DNA of 61,320 bases, counting the filler. It is 10 parts of 10 records of this genome, joined end to end, with 100 filler letters (N's around TTAATTAATTAA, not from the genome) between each part and the next. Parts side by side here need not be neighbours in the genome. Positions count along the whole stretch, not along the records: positions 1 to 5,007 come from SRR31147125_315661; positions 5,108 to 10,411 come from SRR31147125_316813; positions 10,512 to 18,757 come from SRR31147125_316854; 7 more parts are not named here. The stretch is one strand, 5' to 3'. Made by a program: the position numbers and the translations under genes. Below, piece by piece: positions 1 to 10,627 of this stretch (position 1 is the first letter of the stretch; each line of letters begins with the position of its first letter). The notes beneath the pieces were generated by a model. The model saw nothing but the letters and a program-made list of their open reading frames with translations, searched no databases and was not told where the DNA came from.

Positions 1-2
1 CC

Positions 3-782
3 CGTTCTTCCCGGCTATTGCACGGGACTGCATCCTCTCCTACGTCAGGAGCCGGATCATCGAGAAATGAAATACATGAGATCTGCCGGGCCCTGGAATT
101 GCTGATTTCCGAGCAGAAACGCTATTCCGAAACCATGCGGGATTTCTCCAACGATGTGGTACATGAGTTGAAAACCCCGTTGTCGGCCATTCGATCGGGG
201 CTGGAGCTGTACACCGAGAGCACCGATCCGGACGAACAGGAACAACTGGCCGACCGGATTCGCAGGCGGATCCTTCAGATGGAGGAGATGATGGACGAAA
301 TCGGCACCCTGGGAAGGTTCAGCACAGCTTCCGCTGAAGAAAGCTGCCCTGAGGTTCTTATGGCGCTGGAGGATATTCATGACCTGTTCCCCGGAGTCCG
401 ATATTCCGGAATCGATGCGCAATGGCTCCAAGGGATTACTCTGCCCATCGAGAAAGACAAATTCATCCGGATCATCAGCAATCTGTTGACCAATGCCATC
501 AGCTTGTCTCCCGAACCTGGAACTGTCGGTTTGTCCCTGGAGAAAGCAGACTCAAACCTCATCATCAAGGCCACTGATCATGGACCCGGCATAGCGCCTG
601 AGGTGTTCTCCCACATCACCCGGCGTTTCTACTCCTATAGACCGGGAGATACCGGTTCCCATATGGGCTTGGGCCTGGCGATCGTCCATACCGTGTTGGA
701 ATCCTGCCAAGGAAGGCTGTCCTACGGCAACACTCCCGAGGGTGCACAGTTTACGATTGAGATTCCGTACCGGTCCGAATAA
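3..782 (+). CDS. Sensor histidine kinase (HisKA + HATPase), 5'-truncated
   Basis: H-box DVVHELKTPLSAIR, N-box NLLTNA, G1 DHGPGI, G2 GLGLAIV. The frame is open to the contig start. Confidence 0.85.
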   Translation, partial: RSSRLLHGTASSPTSGAGSSRNEIHEICRALELLISEQKRYSETMRDFSNDVVHELKTPLSAIRSGLELYTESTDPDEQEQLADRIRRRILQMEEMMDEIGTLGRFSTASAEESCPEVLMALEDIHDLFPGVRYSGIDAQWLQGITLPIEKDKFIRIISNLLTNAISLSPEPGTVGLSLEKADSNLIIKATDHGPGIAPEVFSHITRRFYSYRPGDTGSHMGLGLAIVHTVLESCQGRLSYGNTPEGAQFTIEIPYRSE

Positions 783-893
783 CTGACCATATATCTATTG
801 AGTGCCCCGCACCTTGTGGACGCTCAGGTCTGCCGGTGGATTCTGTTTCGAGTAGGGTAAGATGGGTTCTGTTCCTGCATTTCGACAGGTGAG

Positions 894-1190
894 TTGCCTA
901 TAGTCTCCGCTGACAAAAATGCTCATCGATCAGGCCGGCCTTCCTGCCCGGACCGGACGCCATCCCTGAGAATCGGTGCGGCCGGAGCCTTTATGATGGC
1001 CTCGGCGTACATCATCGGCATCGCTTCCCTGAAGTCCGGATGTTTTACCAGATGGCTGAATATCCTGGCCATTATCCCTCCTCTGGCAGATTCGGTTATC
1101 GCCGTGTACGCCCTGGGACAGGTGATCTGGTGGAGAGGCCTGATTGCTGGAGGCAGTGGTTCTGGAGAGATCCCGGTAGGAAGTCAGTGA
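894..1190 (+). pseudogene. Possible remnant of a small membrane protein gene
   Basis: The hydrophobic second half (GAAGAFMMASAYIIGIASL...VYALGQVIWW) follows a non-protein-like start. TTG start, no clear RBS. Confidence 0.25.
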
Positions 1191-1243
1191 ACACTGGCAT
1201 CCCGACCCTAAATCGCTGACAATTCATAGAAGGACGATATCCA

Positions 1244-3652
1244 ATGGTGATTCATTCGCTGAAAGTCCGGATTCTCCTTCTGATGGCGGCGGTAATTCTC
1301 AGCTTTGCCGCGGGTATCACAATCGTCGTGGTCACGATGGCCAGGGGCACGCTGATGCGGGAGTCGGAAACGACTGCCCGGAACCAGGTGGCCGCAGTAT
1401 CCCTGTCGGTGGAGAATCAGTACCAGAGCATCCTGTTCTATCGGGATTCCATGTACATGAGGCGCCAGCACGAACTTGAGAGCCTGATGGATGTGGCCAT
1501 CTCCATTCTGGAAACCCACGAAGCGGATGTTCAAGCCGGGCTCATCTCCCCGGAGAGGGCCAAAATCGAATCCCTGGAGGAACTGAAGGGTATTCGGTAC
1601 GACCGGGGGATCGGCTATTTCTGGGTGAATGACACCATGGAACCTGTTCCCCGGATGATTATGCACCCGACTCTTCCCAACCTCGACGGAACGATTCTGG
1701 ACAGCCATGAGTTCGAAACTGCCGATGGTCCCGAGCCGAATCTATTCGCTGCCGCCCTGTATGCGTCGAAAGAACCGGGTGGAGGTTTTGTCACCTACAG
1801 CTGGCCGAAGCCCACGGCTGAAGGCCTGACATCCGAACCCCAGCCGAAAATCTCGCATGTCCGCCGTTTCAAGGCCTGGGACTGGGTGGTCGGATCCGGT
1901 GTCTATCTCGATGATATCGAAACCGAGAGTCAGCGCCGCATCGATGCTGTTGTAAGGGAACTCAGGCGAACAGTCGGGGAAATGTCCGTCGGCCCGTCGG
2001 GATACTACTTCATCTTCGACGGCGAGGGACAGATTCTGCTGCATCCGACTCTGGAAGGAAGCGGCCGGGAGGCCCTGATTCATCCGGAGACGGGGGCCGA
2101 TCTGATGCAGTTGTTCACAGGAGAGGTGAACAGCGGTGGAGACAGAGCGGTCTATAACTGGAATCGCCCCGACGACCCGGAGGATTACAGCCATCGCAAG
2201 GTGGTTTTTCTGGACTACTTCGAGCCGTTGGACTGGTATATCGCTTCCTCGATGTACATGGACGACATCGCGGCGACGACGACGGAGATCATCTCATTGA
2301 TCCTCCTGGTTACCGTCATTCTGTCACTGTTCGCCGTCGTTGTGATGCTGGCAGGGCTGAAAAAAATGATGAGGCCTCTCGAGTTACTGACATCTTCGGT
2401 TGAAGACCTGGACTCCGCGGGGCTGCCGGCCGGCGACATTCCTGTCATCGGAGCCACGGAAACCCGGAGACTCGGTAAAGCCCTGAATACGATGGTACGG
2501 TCCATCGAGTCGTCCCGGGACTACATCACGCGGATACTGGATGCCATGCCGTCCCTCATCGTCGGTCTGGACAGGGACATGCATATCACCAGCCTGAACA
2601 GGCAGGCCCGCCGGCAGGCGGGGACCGACGACATCGTCGGCCGGCTGCTGATGGAGGTTTTCCCCCAGTATGCCTCCATCGGTTCTGATATCCGAATCGC
2701 CCTCGCCGAACAGAAAGCCATCACGGTAGCCAAGTGGCGCCGGGAGGACCAGCCGGAGCCGGCATTCGAAACCCTGTCTGTTTATCCATTGAAAGACGGC
2801 GTGGTTCTTCGGGTTGATGACGTCACTGAAACGGTCCAGCTCGAGGAAATGATGATCCAGTCGGAGAAGATGCTTTCCGTTGGCGGTCTGGCGGCGGGCA
2901 TGGCTCACGAGATCAACAATCCACTGGCTGGTATCGTCCAGAACGCCGATGTGATGGCCAGGCGGTTGTTCGATGACATACCGACCAACAGGGAAATGGC
3001 CCAACGGCATGGCTTCGAATGGGACGACATGGTCGCGTATAACAAGGAACGGGGTCTCGACCGCCTGGCCGATAATTTGAGGGATTCGGGCCTGCGGGCC
3101 GCAGAGCTCGTACATAACATGCTCAGCTTCTCGAGAAAGAGCGACCGGACGTCATCGACATACGACATCGCTGAACTCCTGGATAGAACGGTTGAGCTGG
3201 CCGCTACTGACTTCGACCTGAAGAAGGATTTCGATTTCAAGTCCATCGCTGTCAACCGAACGTACGATCCGGACACGCCGGCGATTCCCTGCGAAGGTAC
3301 CAAGATTCAACAGGTTTTCCTGAACATCATCAAGAACGCCGCAGAGGAAATGGCCGGTGGACGAACCCGGAACGGCGAGGCGCCACAAATCGATCTGAGG
3401 ATCAGACGGGCGGGACCGGAAGGCAGGGATGTGGAGATCATCATCGAAGACAACGGTCCCGGAATGGACGAATCAACCCGGCGCAGGGCCTTTGAACCGT
3501 TCTTCACTACAAAGCAGGTGGGAGAGGGCACCGGACTGGGACTGTCGATGTCCTATTACATCATCACCGAGAACCACGGGGGCACGATGAACATCGAATC
3601 CAGTCCCGGCAACGGAACCCGTTTCATCATACGGTTGAAAGGCGGAGCGTAA
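1244..3652 (+). CDS. Membrane sensor histidine kinase with two Cache domains, HAMP, PAS, HisKA and HATPase
   Basis: Two TM segments flank two Cache-like repeats (GYFWVND...MIMHP...YSWPKP; GYYFIFD...LLHP...YNWNRP). H-box MAHEINNPL, DNGPGM, FEPFFTTK, GTGLGLS. RBS AAGGA upstream. Confidence 0.9.
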   Translation: MVIHSLKVRILLLMAAVILSFAAGITIVVVTMARGTLMRESETTARNQVAAVSLSVENQYQSILFYRDSMYMRRQHELESLMDVAISILETHEADVQAGLISPERAKIESLEELKGIRYDRGIGYFWVNDTMEPVPRMIMHPTLPNLDGTILDSHEFETADGPEPNLFAAALYASKEPGGGFVTYSWPKPTAEGLTSEPQPKISHVRRFKAWDWVVGSGVYLDDIETESQRRIDAVVRELRRTVGEMSVGPSGYYFIFDGEGQILLHPTLEGSGREALIHPETGADLMQLFTGEVNSGGDRAVYNWNRPDDPEDYSHRKVVFLDYFEPLDWYIASSMYMDDIAATTTEIISLILLVTVILSLFAVVVMLAGLKKMMRPLELLTSSVEDLDSAGLPAGDIPVIGATETRRLGKALNTMVRSIESSRDYITRILDAMPSLIVGLDRDMHITSLNRQARRQAGTDDIVGRLLMEVFPQYASIGSDIRIALAEQKAITVAKWRREDQPEPAFETLSVYPLKDGVVLRVDDVTETVQLEEMMIQSEKMLSVGGLAAGMAHEINNPLAGIVQNADVMARRLFDDIPTNREMAQRHGFEWDDMVAYNKERGLDRLADNLRDSGLRAAELVHNMLSFSRKSDRTSSTYDIAELLDRTVELAATDFDLKKDFDFKSIAVNRTYDPDTPAIPCEGTKIQQVFLNIIKNAAEEMAGGRTRNGEAPQIDLRIRRAGPEGRDVEIIIEDNGPGMDESTRRRAFEPFFTTKQVGEGTGLGLSMSYYIITENHGGTMNIESSPGNGTRFIIRLKGGA

Positions 3653-4886
3653 ATCGCGTCCCTTCTCCGGGCGTGCTGGCGCACTCGATCGTTCCATTGA
3701 GACGGTCGACAACGGTATTCCAGATGACGCTCAATCCCAGTCCCGGCCGGTCGTTGCTGCGGATTCCGGTGTAGAAGGGCTCGAAGACCCGGGATGCGGA
3801 TTCCTGCTCCATCCCGACGCCGTCGTCCATGAAATCGATGATCACATGCTGTTCGGAACGTCGGACCCGAATCGTAAGAGTTCCCGATTCACCGTCTTCA
3901 TACCCATGGACGATGCAGTTGGTCACGAGCTCGTCGAATGCCGCCAGAAGACACAGAGGGAATGATCTGATGACCAGATCGTCCGGACAGTCTACGTCTA
4001 CCTCCAGACCGGCCTCGTTCAGCTGGGGCCCCATGCCGTGGAGCAGCATCCGAATGAGTTCGGGGAGATCTACATTCTGCTGCGACTCAAGCTCTCCGGA
4101 CGCAGCGATGCCCCGGAACCGTTTGATCAGCTGGCCCATTTTCTTCAAATTGCGATACGCAAGGCGTACGGACTCGTTCACTCGTTCCATCTGGTCCCTG
4201 CAGGAATCCGGATCGCTGCCGAAAGCATCCGGCTGAAGAAGCATCTCGATATGAGTGACCGAGGATACTGCGATCCCGAGGGGCGTATTCAATTCATGAG
4301 CGACGCTGCCCACCATCCGGCTCATGGATCTAACCCGTTCATCCCGGGCAATCCGGCTCAGGGCCTTCTCGAGTTCCTGCGTCCGGCTGGCGACTTTCTC
4401 CTCCAGACCTGCACGGATTTCCCAGAGTTCGGCTGTCCGTTCCTTCACCATCTCTTCCAGAGACTCCTGATACAGACGGTTCTCCCGGACCAGACGGGCC
4501 TTCTCCAACGCGTTGTCTACTCTATGCTTCAGGAAAGAAAGGTCTTTCAGAGGCTTGGCCAGATAGTCCCAGGCTCCGAGACGGAACGATTCGGTGACGC
4601 CCAGCACATCGTCAGCTCCTGATATAACGATGATGGGGATATCCGGTGACGTCCCGGCAACAGCTTCAATCACCTGAAAACCGGAAACTCCCGGCATACG
4701 GAGGTCGGTGAGGACACAGTCCGTCGGACTTCCGTTGAATCGCTCGATGCCGCCGGCACCATCACTCTCCCTCAATACGGTGTAGCCGCAGTCTTCCAGG
4801 AAGAAACTCATGCTATCCAGAACCGGCTGATCATCATCTATAATGAGGATATTTGGAGACAGTTCTGACGGGTCGCACCGGGCCAT
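3627..4886 (-). CDS. Hybrid response-regulator receiver / histidine kinase
   Basis: N-terminal receiver (ILIIDDD, VLTDLRMP, YLAKP), coiled coil, H-box VAHELNTPLG, DDGVGM, GLGLS. Confidence 0.88.
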   Translation of the reverse strand: MARCDPSELSPNILIIDDDQPVLDSMSFFLEDCGYTVLRESDGAGGIERFNGSPTDCVLTDLRMPGVSGFQVIEAVAGTSPDIPIIVISGADDVLGVTESFRLGAWDYLAKPLKDLSFLKHRVDNALEKARLVRENRLYQESLEEMVKERTAELWEIRAGLEEKVASRTQELEKALSRIARDERVRSMSRMVGSVAHELNTPLGIAVSSVTHIEMLLQPDAFGSDPDSCRDQMERVNESVRLAYRNLKKMGQLIKRFRGIAASGELESQQNVDLPELIRMLLHGMGPQLNEAGLEVDVDCPDDLVIRSFPLCLLAAFDELVTNCIVHGYEDGESGTLTIRVRRSEQHVIIDFMDDGVGMEQESASRVFEPFYTGIRSNDRPGLGLSVIWNTVVDRLNGTIECASTPGEGTRFTLRLSTV

Positions 4887-5007
4887 CTATATGCAATTAT
4901 AGTGCAGTGCTTCGCAGATTGGGGAAAAGTGGAAATACGGAGAGCCTATAGCTCCTGATCCCGGTTTGCAGCCGCGACAATCGAAATTTCTGGATGAATC
5001 CGGGCCT

Positions 5008-5107
5008 NNNNNNNNNNNNNNNNNNNNNNNNNNNNNNNNNNNNNNNNNNNNTTAATTAATTAANNNNNNNNNNNNNNNNNNNNNNNNNNNNNNNNNNNNN
5101 NNNNNNN
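5008..5107. other. Artificial contig spacer
   Basis: N44-TTAATTAATTAA-N44, with stops in all six frames. Identical at nine places in the window. Confidence 0.98.
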
Positions 5108-6626
5108 CGGTGTGATCGTCAATCAGCTCTACAAACACACCCAGATGGAGAGCAGCTTCGGTATCATCTTTCTGGCTGTGGTGCGGCAACGCCCCGAAGT
5201 GTTGAGCATCAAAGAGATCCTGGCCAATTTCGTGGGTCACCGCAAAGAGGTGATCATTCGGCGCACGCAGTACGAACTGAGAAAGGCCGAAGAGCGGGCC
5301 CACATACTGGAGGGGCTCAAGATCGCCCTGGAGAATCTTGATGCGGTTGTGCAGATGATTCGCCAGTCTAAAACGCCGGCCGAGGCCAAGGAGAAATTGA
5401 TTGAGAGTTTCAACCTCTCAGCCATACAGGCCCAGGCGATTTTAGATATGCGGCTGCAGCGGCTGACAGGGCTCGAGCGTGACAAGATTATCGAGGAGTA
5501 CAACTCGGTGCTAAAAGATATCGAGCGCTTCAAGGCGATTTTAGCCAGTGAGCAGCTGGTACTCAATTTGATCAAAGAGGATCTGGTCGAGTTAAAAACC
5601 CAATTCGGAGATGCCCGGCGCACTGAGATCGTCGAGAGTACCCGGGAGCTGACCCTCGAGGATATGATCGCCGAAGAGGATATGGTGGTGACCATCTCAA
5701 ACTCGGGATACATCAAACGCAATCCGATCACTCTCTACCAGTCCCAGCGGCGCGGCGGTCGGGGCAAGACCGGCATGGGCACTAAGGATGAGGATTTCGT
5801 CTCTCATTTGTTCATCGCGTCTACACACCACTCCTTCCTCTTTTTCACCAACAGGGGCAAGGTCTACTGGTGCAAAGTGTATGATATTCCCCAGGCCGGA
5901 CGGACGAGTCGGGGCAAGGCGATTGTGAACCTGCTCAACTTCGAAGAAGGCGAGCACATGACAACGGTTCTGGCCGTGCCCTCCTTCGATCCCGGCCACT
6001 ACGTGCTGATGGCGACCAGGGCGGGAACGGTCAAGAAGACCGACTTGATGGCCTTCTCACGGCCCAGGACAGGCGGCATCATTGCATTGGGGCTGGCCCC
6101 GGGCGATGAGCTGATTGCAGTGCGCATCACCGACGGCACGCACAACGTCTTCCTCGGATCGGCCATGGGCAAGTCGATCCGCTTCCATGAATCGGATATT
6201 CGCGCCAGCGGCCGCCTTTCCAAGGGTGTGCGCGGAATGCGCCTCGATACGGGGGACCTGATAGTGGGTATGGAGGTGGTGCAATATGGCCAGACACTGT
6301 TCGCCGTGACGGAGAACGGATTCGGCAAGCGCACCTCCATCGACGAGTATCCGGTGCACAAGCGTGGCGGCAAAGGGGTTATCACCATCAAGACCAACGA
6401 GCGCAACGGCAAGGTGGTCGGCATCCTGGCGGCAAAGGATGATCATGATATCATGCTGGTTACCGATCGTGGCAAGATCATCCGTATGCCGGTGGCCCAT
6501 ATCTCCGTCATCAGCAGAAACACCCAGGGGGTCCGGTTGATCGGGATGGAGTCCGGCGAACGTGTCGTCATGGCCGCAGGGCTTGCGGAAAGTGAAGAGG
6601 ACGAGAATGGGGATGGGGAGGAGTGA
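5108..6626 (+). CDS. gyrA: DNA gyrase subunit A, C-terminal part (5'-truncated)
   Basis: RAHILEGLKIAL, QAQAILDMRLQRLTGLE, GyrA-box QRRGGRG, six beta-pinwheel repeats and an acidic tail. Confidence 0.97.
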
Positions 6627-6743
6627 TCGGTAACGGGTCCGATTCCGATTTTCTGTGATTAATTGCCGGGAGCTGTTGGTTTTTCCGGTTTGTTTTACGG
6701 ATATTGAATTCAATATGCCGAGTGAGGCGGTACAGAGCGAGCG

Positions 6744-7778
6744 ATGAACAGTTGGAGTAATACGACGAATATCAATATCGGTGTGGTCGGCGGCGGCAGT
6801 TGGGGCACCGCCCTTGCCAATTTACTGGCTGAAAAGGGTTATCAGGTGGACTGGTGGTTGTTTGAGCCGGATCTGTGCCGGGTGATCGAAGAAGATCGTG
6901 AAAATAAGGTTTTTCTGCCCGGTGTGACCTTATCGAAGAACTTGCACCCCTCCAATGATCTGCTTCGTGTGGTGGAAAAAAAGGAATTGGTGTTGCTGGT
7001 AGTGCCTTCTCATGTGATGCGCCAAGTCATCCGTCGAATAGGTGATCGGCTCTCTTCCGGTTGCGTGGTCGTATCGGCCAGCAAGGGGATTGAAAACGAC
7101 ACTCAACTCACCATGTCGGGCGTGATTGCGGAGGCGTTGACCGATGTGGACGAAAATCGGTTATTGGTGCTCTCCGGCCCAAGCTTTGCCAAAGAGGTGG
7201 CCAACGGCGTCCCGACGGTCGTAACAGTGGCGGGGAAAGATCCTGAATGCGCCGAATTCGTTCAGAGGGTATTTGCGACACCCTTTTTCAGAGTCTACAC
7301 CAACGACGATGTGATGGGGGTCGAATTGGGTGGGGCGGTGAAAAATGTGATCGCCATCGCTGCCGGTATGGTGGATGGCCTCGGCCTTGGACTCAACACA
7401 CGGGCTGCGCTGATTACGCGTGGACTGGCGGAGATCAGTCGGCTCGGGCAGGCCATGGGCGCCAAGCCGCAGACGTTCAGCGGATCGGCCGGTTTGGGCG
7501 ATCTGGTGTTGACATGTACCGGTGATTTGAGCCGCAATCACACCGTCGGAAAGAAGATCGGACAGGGGGAGACGTTGAACGGGGCGCTCGAGGATATGCG
7601 CATGGTTGCCGAAGGGGTGAAAACGGCCCGCTCCGTATTCAATCTGTCGCGACGCAAAGAGGTGGAGATGCCGATTTGCCACGCGGTATATCACATCCTG
7701 TACGAAAATCTCTCACCAAAAGAGGCGGTTTACCAGTTGATGACGCGGGATCTGAAACCCGAACTTGATATGAGTTAG
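6744..7778 (+). CDS. gpsA: NAD(P)H-dependent glycerol-3-phosphate dehydrogenase
   Basis: GGGSWGTALA, SKGIE, LSGPSFAKEV, GGAVKNVIAIA, GLGDLVLTC, SRN. Confidence 0.97.
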   Translation: MNSWSNTTNINIGVVGGGSWGTALANLLAEKGYQVDWWLFEPDLCRVIEEDRENKVFLPGVTLSKNLHPSNDLLRVVEKKELVLLVVPSHVMRQVIRRIGDRLSSGCVVVSASKGIENDTQLTMSGVIAEALTDVDENRLLVLSGPSFAKEVANGVPTVVTVAGKDPECAEFVQRVFATPFFRVYTNDDVMGVELGGAVKNVIAIAAGMVDGLGLGLNTRAALITRGLAEISRLGQAMGAKPQTFSGSAGLGDLVLTCTGDLSRNHTVGKKIGQGETLNGALEDMRMVAEGVKTARSVFNLSRRKEVEMPICHAVYHILYENLSPKEAVYQLMTRDLKPELDMS

Positions 7779-7838
7779 TGACACGATTCCGCCAATATGC
7801 GATGCGGGTCGAGGCACCCGATCGATGAGACTAATCCA

Positions 7839-8132
7839 ATGAAAACTTCAGAGCGGGAAACAGAAGAGAGACCGGACTGCTTCGCCGATTTGGATACGGT
7901 TTTCCCTATGAGATCCGACGGCTTGAGGGTCACACCGGTGAGTTGCCTGCAGTGTGTTCATAAGACACTCTGCCTGCGCACGGCCATGGGGCGCAGGCAG
8001 GGGCTGAATGTTCGCGAGGAGATGATCGACCGCGCCTACAGAGGTGGTGTAACGGGATTTTTCCAAAGATGGTCGCAGAAGAAGAGCATTCACCGGATGA
8101 AATCTACAATTGATAAGAAGAAGCAATCATAG
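7839..8132 (+). CDS. Small hypothetical protein with four Cys (possible metal binding)
   Basis: PDCF...CLQC...LCLR. Co-oriented between gpsA and pgk. Alternative start at 7797. Confidence 0.65.
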   Translation: MKTSERETEERPDCFADLDTVFPMRSDGLRVTPVSCLQCVHKTLCLRTAMGRRQGLNVREEMIDRAYRGGVTGFFQRWSQKKSIHRMKSTIDKKKQS

Positions 8133-8208
8133 CGTTTCGCAGTTACGATTGTTTGTACACGCGGCCTATCAAATTTGACCAAACCCTATCATCGGCAGGA
8201 GGTGGCGT

Positions 8209-9405
8209 ATGCCTAAGATGAGTGTGAGGGATCTCTCCCTTAAAGACAAACGGGTATTGATGCGCGTAGATTTCAATGTGCCGCTCAAGGATGGGGAGGT
8301 GGCCGACGACAACCGTATCCGTGCCGCCCTGCCGACGATTCGGTACATTATCGAACAGGGTGCGAAGCTGATACTGATGTCCCATTTAGGACGGCCAAAG
8401 GGTGAGCGCAAGCCGGAACTCTCCCTGCAGCCATGTGCCCGGGTGCTGTCGTCTCTACTGGATGTGAAGGTTTCTTTTGCGGATGACTGCATCGGACCAT
8501 CGGTAAAGGACTTGGCCGATCGTATGAGAGCCGGGCAGATATTGCTTCTTGAGAATTTGCGCTTCTACAGCGAAGAGACACAAAACGACGCTGACTTCGC
8601 CAGGAATTTGGCAGTGCTTGGCGATCTCTATGTTAACGATGCTTTCGGGACGGCCCATCGGGCGCACGCATCCACAGAGGGGGTGACCCACCATCTGCAA
8701 CCATGCGCTGCCGGTTTTTTAATGATGAAAGAGCTTGAGTATATCGGTGGGGTGATGGCCTCGCCTCGTCCGCCGTTTGTCGCCATTTTGGGAGGTGCCA
8801 AGATTTCGGGCAAGATCGACGTTATCCAGAACCTGCTGCCGAAGGTGGATCGGCTTTTGATCGGAGGCGGTATGATGTTCACGTTCCTGCATGCCAAAGG
8901 GCTCGATGTAGGGCGCAGTCTGCTTGAAGAGGATCGTATCGCTATGGCCGGTGATATTTTGGCTTCTGCCGGCGACAAGGTGTTACTGCCCATAGACTGC
9001 CGTGTCAGCAACAAATTCGACATCAAGACCGGAGAGGTGGCGAATCTTCAGACGGTGGATGTCGAGAAGATTCCTCCCGATGCGGCCGGCCTGGATATCG
9101 GCCCGGCCACCATCGCCCTGTTCGGCGATGTCCTGAAAGATGCAAAGACCATTGTCTGGAATGGTCCCATGGGGGTATTTGAGGTCGAAGATACAGCCGC
9201 GGGGACTTTTGAAATCGCAAGAATGCTGGCCGATATCACCGACCAGGGGGCCGTGTCGGTTATCGGAGGAGGAGATTCGGCTGCAGCGGCAATGAAAGCG
9301 GGCGTGGCCGACAGGATCTCCCACATCTCAACGGGAGGGGGAGCATCGCTGGAATTTCTTGAGGGTAAAGCGTTGCCCGGTTTGGAAGCATTGACGGATC
9401 GATAG
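8209..9405 (+). CDS. pgk: Phosphoglycerate kinase
   Basis: [58 protein letters not shown]. Confidence 0.98.
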   Translation: MPKMSVRDLSLKDKRVLMRVDFNVPLKDGEVADDNRIRAALPTIRYIIEQGAKLILMSHLGRPKGERKPELSLQPCARVLSSLLDVKVSFADDCIGPSVKDLADRMRAGQILLLENLRFYSEETQNDADFARNLAVLGDLYVNDAFGTAHRAHASTEGVTHHLQPCAAGFLMMKELEYIGGVMASPRPPFVAILGGAKISGKIDVIQNLLPKVDRLLIGGGMMFTFLHAKGLDVGRSLLEEDRIAMAGDILASAGDKVLLPIDCRVSNKFDIKTGEVANLQTVDVEKIPPDAAGLDIGPATIALFGDVLKDAKTIVWNGPMGVFEVEDTAAGTFEIARMLADITDQGAVSVIGGGDSAAAAMKAGVADRISHISTGGGASLEFLEGKALPGLEALTDR

Positions 9406-9463
9406 CTAAAGTACCACATCGCAGTTTTCTTTAAAAAACACGGCACTGGAGAGGATGCACTAA

Positions 9464-9493
9464 TTGACGCTATAGATAATTAATGGTAAGGCT
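9464..9493 (+). promoter_or_regulatory. Putative sigma70-type promoter
   Basis: TTGACG at 9464-9469, 17-nt spacer, then a weak TGg-TAAGGC -10 element in an AT-rich intergenic stretch. Confidence 0.3.
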
Positions 9494-9676
9494 TGAACAG
9501 AGGTGGAGATGTCACGCATTTGCTGCCCTGTAACGGATCTTCTCCACTGAACCAAGAATGCGGGTTCCACCTGACTGAACTACCGATTGTGTGCGGTTTA
9601 TGTATCGTGAGCGTTTCGCACAACTTCCTATTGTCGGTAACCTTATAAATTCATCAAACAGTTTCAGGAGAGAAGA

Positions 9677-10411
9677 TTGGCTTTTTGGAGTGTCAGAGAA
9701 GAACTGAGCCAGGTTAACAGGTTGCGCAGGTCCTACTACGAGCTACTCAGGGACGACATGGACCAATTCATGCTTGATTACGCCCTGGTTCAATCTTATA
9801 AGCGTTTTTTAAACAGCGGCACTCCTTATCCGTTTGTTGAGAAACGGGAGCTCAAACCAAGGGCGCGTATCCCCAGCATCGAGCATGAGCATCAGAACAC
9901 TTTTCTCGTTATCTTCATAGAGGACACCATTCCCGCCCGATACAAGAAGTATGTGCGTTTCTTCAATTTAAACAAGACCACAAAGAAGAATCTGTTGCAG
10001 ATAAAGGCGCTTCCCCTGCCGGACAGCTTCGACAGGAATCAAAAGTATATCGAATCGGCCCATTTCTATAATTTCATGCGGGATCTGCTGCCGATCGATT
10101 ATGCGTTGCTGATTCAACGAGATCCCGGCAGCCAATTGAAAAACCGCTATACGCTGTCCCATTTCCATGTGCGCATCGATTGGCCCATCACCGAGGCTGC
10201 GGAAGATCTTGCCCAAACATTGCGTTACATATCAAAAGATCTATATGAGAAGGGCGATCAGTATGCCGAGACGGTGGAGAAAAAATTCTTTGAATACTAC
10301 GGCGTACCGGTGATGGTTGGCGGTAGAAGGACAGCCGCCATCGTTGCGGCCCAATATTTCAAACGTATACCCTGCATTTCAACGATATACGTGGGCAGCA
10401 GTGAGTCGCGG
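9677..10411 (+). CDS. Hypothetical protein, 3'-truncated
   Basis: Open frame of about 245 codons running into the spacer. TTG start after AGGAG. No family recognised. Confidence 0.75.
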
Positions 10412-10511
10412 NNNNNNNNNNNNNNNNNNNNNNNNNNNNNNNNNNNNNNNNNNNNTTAATTAATTAANNNNNNNNNNNNNNNNNNNNNNNNNNNNNNNNN
10501 NNNNNNNNNNN
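10412..10511. other. Artificial contig spacer
   Basis: N44-TTAATTAATTAA-N44. Confidence 0.98.
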
Positions 10512-10550
10512 TTTTTCGCTCATCAGATTCGGATGAATGACCAGCTTACA

Positions 10551-10610
10551 AATGCCAAATGAAAGCATTGTGGCTGATATCAAAATAGAAAACCATCTTC
10601 ATTTGGCATT
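10551..10610. repeat. 13-bp perfect inverted repeat downstream of gabT
   Basis: AATGCCAAATGAA (10551-10563) and TTCATTTGGCATT (10598-10610), 34-nt spacer. Confidence 0.7.
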
Positions 10611-10627
10611 GTTCTCACGAACGTGTG

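Noticed and set aside
9546..9572. TGAACCAAG…GGGTTC resembles a segment of 6S RNA
   Set aside because: I could not build the long closed rod with a central bubble, and the usual zapA/ygfA context is absent. Kept only as an unassigned leader.
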